Both the position numbers and the translations under genes were made by a program. A stretch of 64,000 nt of DNA, from the UHGV virus genome UHGV-0294963. The stretch is one strand, 5' to 3'. The stretch comes from a virus. Each line of letters opens with the position of its first letter. Position 1 is the stretch's first letter. A model generated the notes under the pieces. The model was given only the letters and a program-made list of their open reading frames with translations, did not search any database and was not told the origin of the DNA. Of this stretch, positions 26,613-36,001 are shown one piece after another.

Positions 26613-28792
26613 AGATGCTCCACCCTATCCTTTATCTCTTGAGTACGTCCTTGATTCCAGAATTGAGTACCGATATAACCACAGGTGCGACGAGCAACAG
26701 ACATCTTGGTCTGGTCTCTGTTACCACACTGCGGGCACTCCCAAAGAAGCTTACCTTCTTCTTCGATAACAGCAATCTCACCGTCATAGCCACACTCACA
26801 GCAGTAATCGCTCTTGGTATTCAACTCTGCATACATTATGTTATCATATATGAACTTGACAACTTCCAATACAGCTGGGATATTGTTCGTCATATTCGGA
26901 ACTTCAATGTATGAAATAGCACCACCAGGTGACAGTCTCTGGAATGCAGACTCAAAAGTCAGCTTGGTAAACGCATCAATCTTCTCGGTAACGTGAACAT
27001 GATAAGAATTCGTGATATAATTCTTATCTGTAATGCCTTCGATAATTCCGAAACGCTTCTGCAGTGCTTTAGCAAATTTGTATGTGGTAGATTCAAGCGG
27101 AGTACCATACACAGAATAAGCGATATTCTCAGCTGCTTTCCACTCAGCACACTTATCATTGAGACGCTGCATAACTGCAAGAGCAAAATCCTTAGCTTCG
27201 GGGTCTGTATGTGAATGACCAGTCATCGCTTTGACACATTCATACAACCCTGCATACCCAAGCGAAATTGTAGAGTAGCCGCCATAGAGTAGTTTATCGA
27301 TTTTCTCACCCTTCTTAAGCCGTGCGATTGCACCATACTGCCAGAGAATAGGAGCGACATCAGATGTAGTTCCAAGCAAACGTTCGTGACGAATACGAAG
27401 TGCTCGATGACAGAGCTCGAGCTTATCATCGAGAACACGCCAGAATTTATCAAAGTCACCTCTTGCCGTCAAACCGACTGCAGGTAGGTTAATAGTAACC
27501 ACACCTTGATTGAATCTACCGTAATATTTCGGATTACCGTCCTCGTCAACATACGGTGTGAGGAATGAACGACAACCCATACAGGGGTAGCACTGAGGAT
27601 TACCGTTCTGGTCAATCTTATACTCAAGCATTTTCTTTTCAGAAATGTAATCAGGAACCATGCGTTTAGCAGTACACTGTGCTGCCAACTCGGTAAGATA
27701 CCAGTAGGGAGTAGTTTCATTACAGTTATTTGTATCAAGAATATACAAAAGTTTCGGAAATGCTGGTGTAACCCAGACACCCTTCTCATTCTTAACACCT
27801 TGAATACGCTGACGTAAGATTTCTTCGATAACAAGAGCTAAATCATGTTGCTCCTGAAGTGTTCTGGCTTCATTCAGATAAAGACAAAGACTCAAAAATG
27901 GAGCCTGACCATTGGTAGTCATCAAGGTGATTACCTGATATTGAATTGTCTGCACGCCATCACGGATTTCCTTAGCTAAACGCTTATTAAGAATAACCTC
28001 TGCTTGTCTTTCTGAAAGCATAACACCGGCTTCGGCACACTCCTCAAAAATCTGTTTCCTAATCTGCTGTCTGCTTCTGTCGACGAATGGGGCGAGATGA
28101 GCAACCGAAATAGTCTGACCACCATACTGATTAGAAGCTACCTGTGCGATAATCTGTGTAGCGATGTTGCAAGCTGTCGAGAATGAGTGGGGAGTATCGA
28201 TACCGGTACCTGAAATAACAGTGCTGACGTCACCTCTTTCCAGCATATCTCGCAGATTAATCAGACAGCAGTTATACATAGGCTGAGCAAAATAATCAGC
28301 ATCATGGAAATGAATATCACCTATCCTGTTCGCTTCCTTAATGTCTTCAGGAAGTAATTGAGAATAAGTAATTGTCTTGGACACTTCACCTGCCATATAG
28401 TCACGTTGTACCGAATTGATTAAAGTGTTCTTGTTCGAATTTTCTTCTTTGAGAACGGCATTTTTGTTCTGAATCAGAGTCATGATATTGTCTGACATGC
28501 TGTCTGACTTGCGCACAAGAGCTCGTTCATAACGATATGTGATATACTCTTTAGCCAACTTGGGAAGGTTGTGAGCAATCAACTCCTGTTCAACAAAGTC
28601 TTGCACGTCCTCTACAGACACGATACTTGTCTGCTGTTCACAACGAAAGATTACAGCTTGGGTTATCTCGTCTATCTGAGCCTTGGTGAGCTTATTTTCT
28701 TCACTCATTTTGGCATTAGCCTTCGATATTGCGATAGAAATTTTACTACCGTCGAACCCTACTTCTGTTCCATCACGTTTGATAATGTGCAT
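26609..28792 (-). CDS. nrdD: anaerobic ribonucleoside-triphosphate reductase
   Basis: 727 aa. C-terminal zinc ribbon (CCECGYDG...CPQCGN) and glycyl-radical motif (RRTCGYIG). Confidence 0.85.
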   Translation of the reverse strand: MHIIKRDGTEVGFDGSKISIAISKANAKMSEENKLTKAQIDEITQAVIFRCEQQTSIVSVEDVQDFVEQELIAHNLPKLAKEYITYRYERALVRKSDSMSDNIMTLIQNKNAVLKEENSNKNTLINSVQRDYMAGEVSKTITYSQLLPEDIKEANRIGDIHFHDADYFAQPMYNCCLINLRDMLERGDVSTVISGTGIDTPHSFSTACNIATQIIAQVASNQYGGQTISVAHLAPFVDRSRQQIRKQIFEECAEAGVMLSERQAEVILNKRLAKEIRDGVQTIQYQVITLMTTNGQAPFLSLCLYLNEARTLQEQHDLALVIEEILRQRIQGVKNEKGVWVTPAFPKLLYILDTNNCNETTPYWYLTELAAQCTAKRMVPDYISEKKMLEYKIDQNGNPQCYPCMGCRSFLTPYVDEDGNPKYYGRFNQGVVTINLPAVGLTARGDFDKFWRVLDDKLELCHRALRIRHERLLGTTSDVAPILWQYGAIARLKKGEKIDKLLYGGYSTISLGYAGLYECVKAMTGHSHTDPEAKDFALAVMQRLNDKCAEWKAAENIAYSVYGTPLESTTYKFAKALQKRFGIIEGITDKNYITNSYHVHVTEKIDAFTKLTFESAFQRLSPGGAISYIEVPNMTNNIPAVLEVVKFIYDNIMYAELNTKSDYCCECGYDGEIAVIEEEGKLLWECPQCGNRDQTKMSVARRTCGYIGTQFWNQGRTQEIKDRVEHL

Positions 28793-28843
28793 AGTTATTC
28801 ACTCCTTTCTGAATAAGAGGCACACGGAGCCTCTTTATCTATT

Positions 28844-29215
28844 TTATGTCGCGGTATCATTGTTCTGCGACCCAAGGTGAGGAGTGGTATCTTTCAGCAT
28901 TATGGTAGAAAGGTGGTATTCTATAGCACACTGGTGCTCAATTCGACATCCTTTAGAGTTCTCCCAACCAGGCACGAACACAACGACATTACAGGTGGAC
29001 ATAATCTTAATGCAGTCACCTAGGCTCTCTAAGGGATTTCTATGTTCTTCGAACGCTGCTTCATCGAATGAATCTGCTACCTCGACAGTATCTCCAACTG
29101 TTCTAAGTCCCTCATCAATCTGCTGCATTATAGCAATGACATCTTCTCTTTCACGCTTCACTTCCTCAAGCGTACGTCCTGTCATCGGCTGTGAAATAAA
29201 TACACGATGTTTCAC
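28844..29215 (-). CDS. DUF4406-like protein (nucleoside 2-deoxyribosyltransferase-like Rossmann fold)
   Basis: VFISQPMTG ... VVFVPGWENSKGCRIEHQCAIEY pattern. 123 aa. Confidence 0.4.
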   Translation of the reverse strand: MKHRVFISQPMTGRTLEEVKREREDVIAIMQQIDEGLRTVGDTVEVADSFDEAAFEEHRNPLESLGDCIKIMSTCNVVVFVPGWENSKGCRIEHQCAIEYHLSTIMLKDTTPHLGSQNNDTAT

Positions 29216-29235
29216 TTTGTTCTACCTCCATTTTC

Positions 29236-30198
29236 TTATTCTGTCGATATTGTCCAACTTGGTTTGTCAACGAAGTAGTTAATCAAGTCTGCTACGTCTT
29301 CTGAAGTTTCCCAATCCCAGTGCTTAGTAGCAGCATAGATATCTGGAAGATTTCGAGACTCATCATCAGTAAGGTCGAAGCCACGACCATACGTCCAATA
29401 CGCATTGGACAGAGGTATATAGGACTGAATGGTTACACGAGGGTCTTCGAACAAGTCCACCTCGCGGCTACAGATTGTTCTATAAAGTGAGAAGAAGTAG
29501 ACATGGGATGCTCCAGCAGACAGAATATGCTCGATAACTGCGTTTGCCGTTCTTCCGCTAGAAATGAGGTCATCAATCACAATCACTTTTTTACCTGTGA
29601 TGTCGATATCTCTATCTTGAACAACAGTTACCAGGTTGTCGTCCTGAGTGTTCGTAGTTTGGTCATAATGCTGAGCAGCGTAAACAACCGCAGAAGTTAT
29701 GCCCAGCCTATCAGCCAGCATTTTACCTGCAACTGCAACCGATGCGTAGATACAAGTACCGTCGTCTGGAGCTTGAACCATCGTCTTGAATGTGCTTTCA
29801 AGAAGCACAGCTTGCGCAGAAGTGATATACGGCGTATCAGATTTCGCCCTAGGAAACGACCATGAACCTGCATCAATGAGGTCAAGAATTGCATTGAGAA
29901 TTTTACCACAGTTTTCTGGACGAATACACTTACCGTTCTCTCGTTCGAACACACTGACTTCCAGGTCGATGCATCCTGGTGTTGCAGAGACGAAAGCGTG
30001 GTCAGGATTTTGCTGGTCGGTACAGAAAATATCTACGTCAGGTGCGGTTTGCAAAAAATAGACCGGTACCGGCTTATCTGGATACTCACGGCTGGTATCA
30101 GGAACCAGTACGCAGCATTTAGCTTCCTCATTCTGCCAATAATATTTCGACCTCGATATGGTCTGTGTACCGAAGTCTGATGGATGAAAATCAAACAT
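29236..30198 (-). CDS. phosphoribosyltransferase (type I PRTase domain) with a roughly 180 aa N-terminal extension
   Basis: KKVIVIDDLISSGRTANAV is the PRPP-binding motif of type I PRTases. Confidence 0.55.
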   Translation of the reverse strand: MFDFHPSDFGTQTISRSKYYWQNEEAKCCVLVPDTSREYPDKPVPVYFLQTAPDVDIFCTDQQNPDHAFVSATPGCIDLEVSVFERENGKCIRPENCGKILNAILDLIDAGSWSFPRAKSDTPYITSAQAVLLESTFKTMVQAPDDGTCIYASVAVAGKMLADRLGITSAVVYAAQHYDQTTNTQDDNLVTVVQDRDIDITGKKVIVIDDLISSGRTANAVIEHILSAGASHVYFFSLYRTICSREVDLFEDPRVTIQSYIPLSNAYWTYGRGFDLTDDESRNLPDIYAATKHWDWETSEDVADLINYFVDKPSWTISTE

Positions 30199-30230
30199 AG
30201 AAGTAACCTCCTAAATAGTATTATATCAAC

Positions 30231-30263
30231 ATTATAACATACTTTACCTACAGAAACGAAGTT
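30231..30263 (-). promoter_or_regulatory. promoter: AACTTCG - 20 nt - TGTTATAAT
   Basis: AACTTCGTTTCTGTAGGTAAAGTATGTTATAAT on the minus strand, upstream of the PRTase gene. Confidence 0.45.
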
Positions 30264-30355
30264 TCATAATAAACGGTACTACTTAATTGCTGTACCGTTG
30301 CGTATATAATTACACAACCAGTAACCGTGCATTTAAGCAGTACCGGAAAAAAATA

Positions 30356-30937
30356 TTAGCCGTTGCGAACCAGACTATAGAACTCGTTACGGAGGTCTGA
30401 GTCGGTTTTGAATACTCCTCTCAGAGTTGCTGTTCGAGTCTTGGTACCTGGCTTCTTAACTCCGCGAGCTGTCATACAAGAATGCTCTCCCTCGATTACG
30501 ACAATAATGTCTTCTGTATCGAGTACTTTTTCGAGAACATCAGCAATGTCTGCTCCAATACGTTCCTGAAGCTGCAGTCGCTTACCTACCATATCAGCAA
30601 TACGAGCTACCTTGCTCAATCCGATTACCTTACCCTTCGGGAGATAGCCGACATGAACCTTCATATTATACATCAAAGCGATATGATGCTCGCAGTAGCT
30701 GAAGATTGGAATATCAGCGATAGTGACAAGGTCACCGGTTGCACCTTCCTCGAAGCACTTATTGAACTTCTTTGCGATTTCATCGTTGGTATAGCACATA
30801 CCCTCGAATACTTCTGCGTACATCTTAGCTACACGCTTAGGTGTGTCCTTGAGTCCTTCTCTTTCAGGGTCATCACCGAGGGCAACCAGTATATCTTTAA
30901 TTGCTCTCTTGATGGCTTCTGTATCTATATTTTTCAT
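30356..30937 (-). CDS. folE: GTP cyclohydrolase I
   Basis: CEHH motif, GLSK. 193 aa. Confidence 0.85.
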   Translation of the reverse strand: MKNIDTEAIKRAIKDILVALGDDPEREGLKDTPKRVAKMYAEVFEGMCYTNDEIAKKFNKCFEEGATGDLVTIADIPIFSYCEHHIALMYNMKVHVGYLPKGKVIGLSKVARIADMVGKRLQLQERIGADIADVLEKVLDTEDIIVVIEGEHSCMTARGVKKPGTKTRTATLRGVFKTDSDLRNEFYSLVRNG

Positions 30938-30940
30938 CTG

Positions 30941-31675
30941 TTATACACCTCTCATGTCTGGGTCCCAAATCAGCTTATGAAGCTGAAGCTGCACCTTAAC
31001 ATACACCAACTTATTCTCAAGCAGATATGCTACGATATCAGCAGGGTCAATTTTACCCCATACAGGGCTGACATAAATTTGAGCATCAATCTCAGGATTA
31101 TCTTCCAGCACCTGCTTCATCTGGTCAAGGTCTTCCTGACTGCCTACAACAAACTTCAACACGTCAGTAGTCTCAAGCAGTTCCAGATTAGACTTGAGCA
31201 TCTTATCAGACTCACCTGAACTGATAGATTTCCAATCCATGGTAAAGAAGTAGTCCATAGGACCCTTCTTTGGCTCTGGCTGACTATCGATGATTTTACC
31301 AAGGTCGATTGAGCCGTTGGTTTCGATGTTTACCCAGTAGCCACGCTCTCTAAGCTCGAATATGAGTTTACCTACATCTTTATGGATGAGCGGCTCACCG
31401 CCTGTAAGCGTAATGCATCTACAGGGGTCGAAACGTTCGATGCTGCAAAGAATTCTGTCGAGGTCCATGCTGTCAAAACCTATAGTATTATCACGGTCAG
31501 CAAAATCCGCCTTACACGCATACTGCGAATCGCAGTAGGTACAGTCTAGATTGCAACCGAAAAGACGAATAAAGATTGTAGGTGCACCGGTACGAGCACC
31601 TTCACCGTCTATACTATAGAAAATTTCAGATACAGGCAGTTTCATCAAAGGACACCTCCGTCGATTGTGCAACAA
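30941..31675 (-). CDS. queE: 7-carboxy-7-deazaguanine synthase (radical SAM)
   Basis: CNLDCTYCDSQY cluster. N-terminal similarity to Bacillus QueE. Confidence 0.85.
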   Translation of the reverse strand: MLHNRRRCPLMKLPVSEIFYSIDGEGARTGAPTIFIRLFGCNLDCTYCDSQYACKADFADRDNTIGFDSMDLDRILCSIERFDPCRCITLTGGEPLIHKDVGKLIFELRERGYWVNIETNGSIDLGKIIDSQPEPKKGPMDYFFTMDWKSISSGESDKMLKSNLELLETTDVLKFVVGSQEDLDQMKQVLEDNPEIDAQIYVSPVWGKIDPADIVAYLLENKLVYVKVQLQLHKLIWDPDMRGV

Positions 31676-32040
31676 GCAACATTACCTTCAGATTCTTGAA
31701 CAGTTACTTTATAGCACTCACTATCAGATCCGTCAGCTTTGTTCACCTCACGCAGCTCATCATTCACTCGGTCAAGTATCCAAGCCGCCATATTCTCAGC
31801 GGTCGGATTTACCGAAACTACATCATTGATGTACATATGGTCAAGTCTGCTATGGATTGCTGTATTGATTTTCTTAAAATCAACAACCATACCGACATGA
31901 TTTAGCACATTCGCCCGACAGTATACAGTAACTATCCAATTATGTCCATGCAAATTTCTACACCTAGATTCATAATCGAGAGATAGCTGGTGAGCACCAG
32001 CTATCTCCATTCTTTTAGAAATAGAGTATTTGTAATCCAT
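31645..32040 (-). CDS. queD: 6-carboxy-5,6,7,8-tetrahydropterin synthase
   Basis: CRNLHGHNW (Cx5HGH) motif. 131 aa. Confidence 0.8.
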   Translation of the reverse strand: MDYKYSISKRMEIAGAHQLSLDYESRCRNLHGHNWIVTVYCRANVLNHVGMVVDFKKINTAIHSRLDHMYINDVVSVNPTAENMAAWILDRVNDELREVNKADGSDSECYKVTVQESEGNVACCTIDGGVL

Positions 32041-32041
32041 C

Positions 32042-32749
32042 TTATACCTCCTGATTAATCGCAGGGTCTGCTACACCGTTAGCTTCGAATGCTTTCGCTC
32101 TGTCGATGCAGGTACCGCACTTACCACAGGGTCCGGCTTCACCACCATTATAACAGCTCCAGGTATATTCATAAGGAACTCTAAGTTCAAGTCCCTTCTT
32201 TACAACTTCAGCCTTGCTAGAACCCGCAAAGGGAGCGACCAGTGAAACTTTGTCATAAGTTCCGATACCGATTGCATCATTCATTGAGTCGATAAATTCC
32301 TGAGAGCAGTCTGCGTACGCATTACCAGCCGCGTCATCTGCGTGAGCACCGATATACACGAGCACTTCCTCATCAGGATAGAGAGAAGCTGCCAAAGAAG
32401 CTGCTGTCGAAAGGAACAGACCGTTTCTGAACGGAACGTAGGTCGCCACCATACCGTTAGCACTCTTGTCAATCTGGTCAGCATAATCTCCCTCAGGTAC
32501 ATCATCAGTAGAGTGCTGAAGCAGCGGACAGTTGCTATGCTTAAAGATAACAGAAAGGTCGAGTTCAATGTGCTTTACGTTGTAATGTTCGGCGACCGTA
32601 GCGGCGGCTTCAAGCTCACGCTTGTGCTTCTGACCATAGTACATAGATACAGACGTCACATTAGCAGCACCATGTTCATATACGGCAAGACCTAGACAAG
32701 TAGTGCTATCAACACCACCAGAGCTTAATACAATAGCTTTAGGCATCAT
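32042..32749 (-). CDS. queC: 7-cyano-7-deazaguanine synthase
   Basis: [12 protein letters not shown]-loop-like motif and a C-terminal zinc site (CGKCGTC). Confidence 0.85.
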   Translation of the reverse strand: MMPKAIVLSSGGVDSTTCLGLAVYEHGAANVTSVSMYYGQKHKRELEAAATVAEHYNVKHIELDLSVIFKHSNCPLLQHSTDDVPEGDYADQIDKSANGMVATYVPFRNGLFLSTAASLAASLYPDEEVLVYIGAHADDAAGNAYADCSQEFIDSMNDAIGIGTYDKVSLVAPFAGSSKAEVVKKGLELRVPYEYTWSCYNGGEAGPCGKCGTCIDRAKAFEANGVADPAINQEV

Positions 32750-33248
32750 AAGTCACCTTCCTTTCTGCTGCTGACTGCATAACAGCCAGTCTTCTTGCAG
32801 TTTCAAATTCCTTGTACTCAGGATGTTCAGGGTGAACATATGTGGAGAACGGGAAGATTGCGATACCGCCTCTAGGTGCAAAGATACCACGTACCTCAAG
32901 GTACTTAGGTTCCATCAGCTTAACAAGGTCTTTCATGATAATATTGACACAATCTTCATGGAAGTCCCCGTGGTTACGGAAGCTGAACAGATAGAGTTTG
33001 AGTGACTTGGACTCGACCATTTTCTCGTTCGGGATATAACTGATGATAATCTTTGCGAGGTCAGGCTGCCCAGTCTTAGGGCAGAGTGACGTGAACTCGT
33101 AAGCATCAAAGGTTACGACATAATCATTGTCCGGATGCTTGTTTACGAATGTTTCGAGTACGCTGGGGTCGTAGTCGTACTTATACTTAGTATTCTGATT
33201 ACCCAGCAGGCTAACGCCCTGAAGCTCTTCAGCATTTCTACCTGTCAT
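32739..33248 (-). CDS. queF: NADPH-dependent 7-cyano-7-deazaguanine reductase (type I QueF)
   Basis: [13 protein letters not shown] and [32 protein letters not shown] are nearly identical to Bacillus-type QueF. Confidence 0.85.
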   Translation of the reverse strand: MTGRNAEELQGVSLLGNQNTKYKYDYDPSVLETFVNKHPDNDYVVTFDAYEFTSLCPKTGQPDLAKIIISYIPNEKMVESKSLKLYLFSFRNHGDFHEDCVNIIMKDLVKLMEPKYLEVRGIFAPRGGIAIFPFSTYVHPEHPEYKEFETARRLAVMQSAAERKVTYDA

Positions 33249-33250
33249 GA

Positions 33251-34486
33251 TTACGCCCCCTCACCTTTGAATTCGCCGTCTTCGAGATAATCCGTCCAAC
33301 TATGTCTCTTGATGAGCATACCATCACCGAAGCTCATGAATCGATACCTCTTATCTACTGCATGCTTATATGCTGTCATGATTTCATCATAACCAGCAAC
33401 AACAGATACAAGCATCATAAGGGTCGTCTCTGGTGCATGGAAGTTGGTGATAAGACCGTCGATACAGTTCACACGGTCAGCTGTTTCAGAACCGGGATAT
33501 ATGAAGATGCTGGTGTCCGTAGAAAAATCTGTAGGATTCTCCCAAACCTCAGGAGGAATAGAAGCGAGGGTGCGGAGTGATGTTGTACCAACCGCTACGA
33601 CATTGCGTCCTTCAGCGTGAGCCTGCTTGATGTCCTTGATTACGTTTACAGGACAGAAGCAATGCTCAGTGTGCATAGCATGATTTCTGAGGTCCTTGAC
33701 AACAACAGGCTTGAAAGTACCAAGACCAACGTCGAGTGTAACCTCCCTCACCTTTACACCCTTGTCCTTGAGTGCTTGAAGTAGTTCAGGAGTGAAGTGA
33801 AGTCCTGCTGTCGGTGCTGCGCAAGAAGTTCTTTCCTTAGCGTAGACAGTATTGTACATTTCAGAAATGTAAGCCTCTGAATGACCTCTACCCTGAATAT
33901 AAGGAGGAAGAGGAGTCTCACCTATCTTGTCGAGAACATCCCAACCGTTAGAATTAGCGAAATCAAGGAATACTTCTCCTTCATCATCGCAGCTCTTGAT
34001 AGTGAGTTCTGCATCGTCAGCACCATTAAGAATAAGAACAGTACCTTCTTCCTGAGGCTTGCTAATCATCGCCTTCCAGGTAGATCCGCCCTGATACTGA
34101 ACAAACAGAATCTCGACAGTATTATCTTCATCCGGCTGTGTACCTTTCTTATAAGCAAACGCTCTTGCTGGAATAACCTTCGTGTTATTGAGAACAAGCA
34201 CGTCACCAGCGTTGAAATAGTCACAGATGTCTGTGAAGTGCTTGTCATCGAGTGCTACAGCTACTCCATTCCTGTCTGCCTCAACGGTTGTGTCAACGAT
34301 AAGACATCTAGCACTCGCCCTATCCGGAAGCGGTTCCTGAGCGATAAGTTCCTGTGGAAGGTCGTAGCGATAATGAGCAGAAGAATACTGCTCCTCAGCA
34401 GGGGCTGTATCAAGTCCCTTTGCTGTTACGGTTTTAGATGTACTAAAAATATCAGGCACACCAGTTTCCATTTTTTCGTTGTTCAT
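33251..34486 (-). CDS. queA: S-adenosylmethionine:tRNA ribosyltransferase-isomerase homologue
   Basis: [69 protein letters not shown] and [13 protein letters not shown] are all QueA hallmarks. It has a 35 aa N-terminal extension. Confidence 0.85.
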   Translation of the reverse strand: MNNEKMETGVPDIFSTSKTVTAKGLDTAPAEEQYSSAHYRYDLPQELIAQEPLPDRASARCLIVDTTVEADRNGVAVALDDKHFTDICDYFNAGDVLVLNNTKVIPARAFAYKKGTQPDEDNTVEILFVQYQGGSTWKAMISKPQEEGTVLILNGADDAELTIKSCDDEGEVFLDFANSNGWDVLDKIGETPLPPYIQGRGHSEAYISEMYNTVYAKERTSCAAPTAGLHFTPELLQALKDKGVKVREVTLDVGLGTFKPVVVKDLRNHAMHTEHCFCPVNVIKDIKQAHAEGRNVVAVGTTSLRTLASIPPEVWENPTDFSTDTSIFIYPGSETADRVNCIDGLITNFHAPETTLMMLVSVVAGYDEIMTAYKHAVDKRYRFMSFGDGMLIKRHSWTDYLEDGEFKGEGA

Positions 34487-34507
34487 AGTTAATCGTCCTT
34501 TCGTGTA

Positions 34508-35410
34508 TTATGATTCTATGCGTTTTCTTACCTGGGTTGAAATCATATAAGATACGGGAGACAACAGCGCTTCTACTGTAATCTGAAATGCAATGCCGAG
34601 CAAGAAATTGCCAGCTATACTCTTTGCGTCCATACCCCAGCAGTCCATACCTAACGCGGAGCAGAAGCTCGGGATTGAGAATGGAATCATTACCAGGAGT
34701 GTGAACAGACCCAAGTCAGCAGTCTTACCTAAGATACTCGAACCTATTGAGCGGAGCGAGTAGCTTGAAAAACCTTCACCGGGTTTCTTTTTCTTAATGA
34801 AAGCAAATAGCTTATCATTTAAGAAATCACCTACAGCGTAAATCAGGATACCAACGATAGTAACATAGATACCTCCACCGTAGATGAAATCAAATGCGGA
34901 TTCATTCACTTCTGCATACTCAGGCACGGGAATACCGGTAAATGCTTTCGCGATTAGAGCTGCAACGACAGCAAAAATAGCTGAAGTGTTGCCTGATAAT
35001 CTCGAGGCTTTATAACCGAACACTTCTGAGAATACGTCAGAGACGATATATGTTGCGATAAAAAATAGAGAATCGCCTGTTGCAGTTGCCATGACAGTAG
35101 GTCCTGGTATAAACAAGACATCTACAGCGTCAAGTGCGCACAGCACAATTCCCGTCAGACTGAGAAGAGCACCGAAAGCATACCCAACACCTTTGTGCTT
35201 CTTTTCACCAAGCTTGCCTGCTAACAGCATACCAAGAACGGTAAGTATCAGCATACCCAGAATTGAAAAGATACTGGTTTCTTTTGCTTCCAGAATCTTC
35301 ACCATCATCGGTACACACAAAGCATAGCTGGCGACATTGATAGCCATAAGCACAGCAAATAATGCAGGGGCTTTACTCCACGACTCTTCTGGTTTACTTT
35401 TCAGTTTCAT
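34508..35410 (-). CDS. polytopic membrane protein; candidate 7-deazaguanine precursor transporter (YhhQ/VUT-like?)
   Basis: About seven predicted transmembrane helices. Assignment is by genomic context only. Confidence 0.3.
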   Translation of the reverse strand: MKLKSKPEESWSKAPALFAVLMAINVASYALCVPMMVKILEAKETSIFSILGMLILTVLGMLLAGKLGEKKHKGVGYAFGALLSLTGIVLCALDAVDVLFIPGPTVMATATGDSLFFIATYIVSDVFSEVFGYKASRLSGNTSAIFAVVAALIAKAFTGIPVPEYAEVNESAFDFIYGGGIYVTIVGILIYAVGDFLNDKLFAFIKKKKPGEGFSSYSLRSIGSSILGKTADLGLFTLLVMIPFSIPSFCSALGMDCWGMDAKSIAGNFLLGIAFQITVEALLSPVSYMISTQVRKRIES

Positions 35411-35683
35411 GGTTAATTATTCCTTTCGTATCAATTTTGACTTTAGCAAGGGGATACCTTACTCACTGTTCCCGTTTTATCGAGGGGGAACTCTACTCAC
35501 TGTTTATACACCCATATGAACATCACCACACACGTAGCACGCTAACGCATGCTGTACGTTTATATTTTATATATAATGTTACAACCACACACGATATCAC
35601 AAGCAAAACCACTGCACATAGTACGCAATACGTGTGTGCTGTATAACATAATTATATACGATGTAAACCACAATAAACGAAGT

Positions 35684-36001
35684 TTACGTTCTCTTAGCTG
35701 CTCCTGAACCGTCTTTACCTTTCTGGTCGTCTTCGATGAATTTCTTTATCAGCTTTGTTCTGAATAGCACCGGTTGGTCTTCTACATAGTCAGCTGTGTA
35801 TCCCTGACATCTTGCTAGAATACAACGTATCTCAGCATCAACCTGGTCATACTTACTTCTTAGGAGCTGCCAATAGAGTTTTCCATTCTTTGAGGTCTTC
35901 TTCGGTCGGTCGAAAGTAGTAGTCGTTAACTGGTACGTATGCCCACGCACGACCTCCACATTTCGGACACTTGAACTCAACCCGCTTCTGAAGTCCGACA
36001 T
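35684..36001 (-). CDS. small ORF overlapping the 3' end of 35853..36653; possibly the +1-frame continuation of that gene
   Basis: The protein-like part (YDQVDAEIRCILARCQGYTADYVEDQPVLFRTKLIKKFIEDDQKGKDG) has no start of its own downstream of the upstream gene's stop. Confidence 0.3.
   Translation of the reverse strand: MSDFRSGLSSSVRNVEVVRGHTYQLTTTTFDRPKKTSKNGKLYWQLLRSKYDQVDAEIRCILARCQGYTADYVEDQPVLFRTKLIKKFIEDDQKGKDGSGAAKRT

Noticed and set aside
28793-28843. Hairpin aagaggc-acacgga-gcctctt between the DUF4406 gene and nrdD as a terminator
   Set aside because: No U-tract on the minus strand after the stem. The nrdD RBS follows immediately. More likely a weak structural element or attenuator than a terminator. 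Left unannotated.
30482-31219. Plus-strand 245 aa ORF (also 57723..58412, 58438..59241, 8544..8975, 2125..2610 and other plus-strand ORFs inside minus-strand genes)
   Set aside because: They lie antisense within well-supported minus-strand genes (folE/queE, clamp, repeat protein, lipoprotein). They have low-complexity or Cys/Leu-rich composition and no RBS. Most likely artefacts of long open frames.
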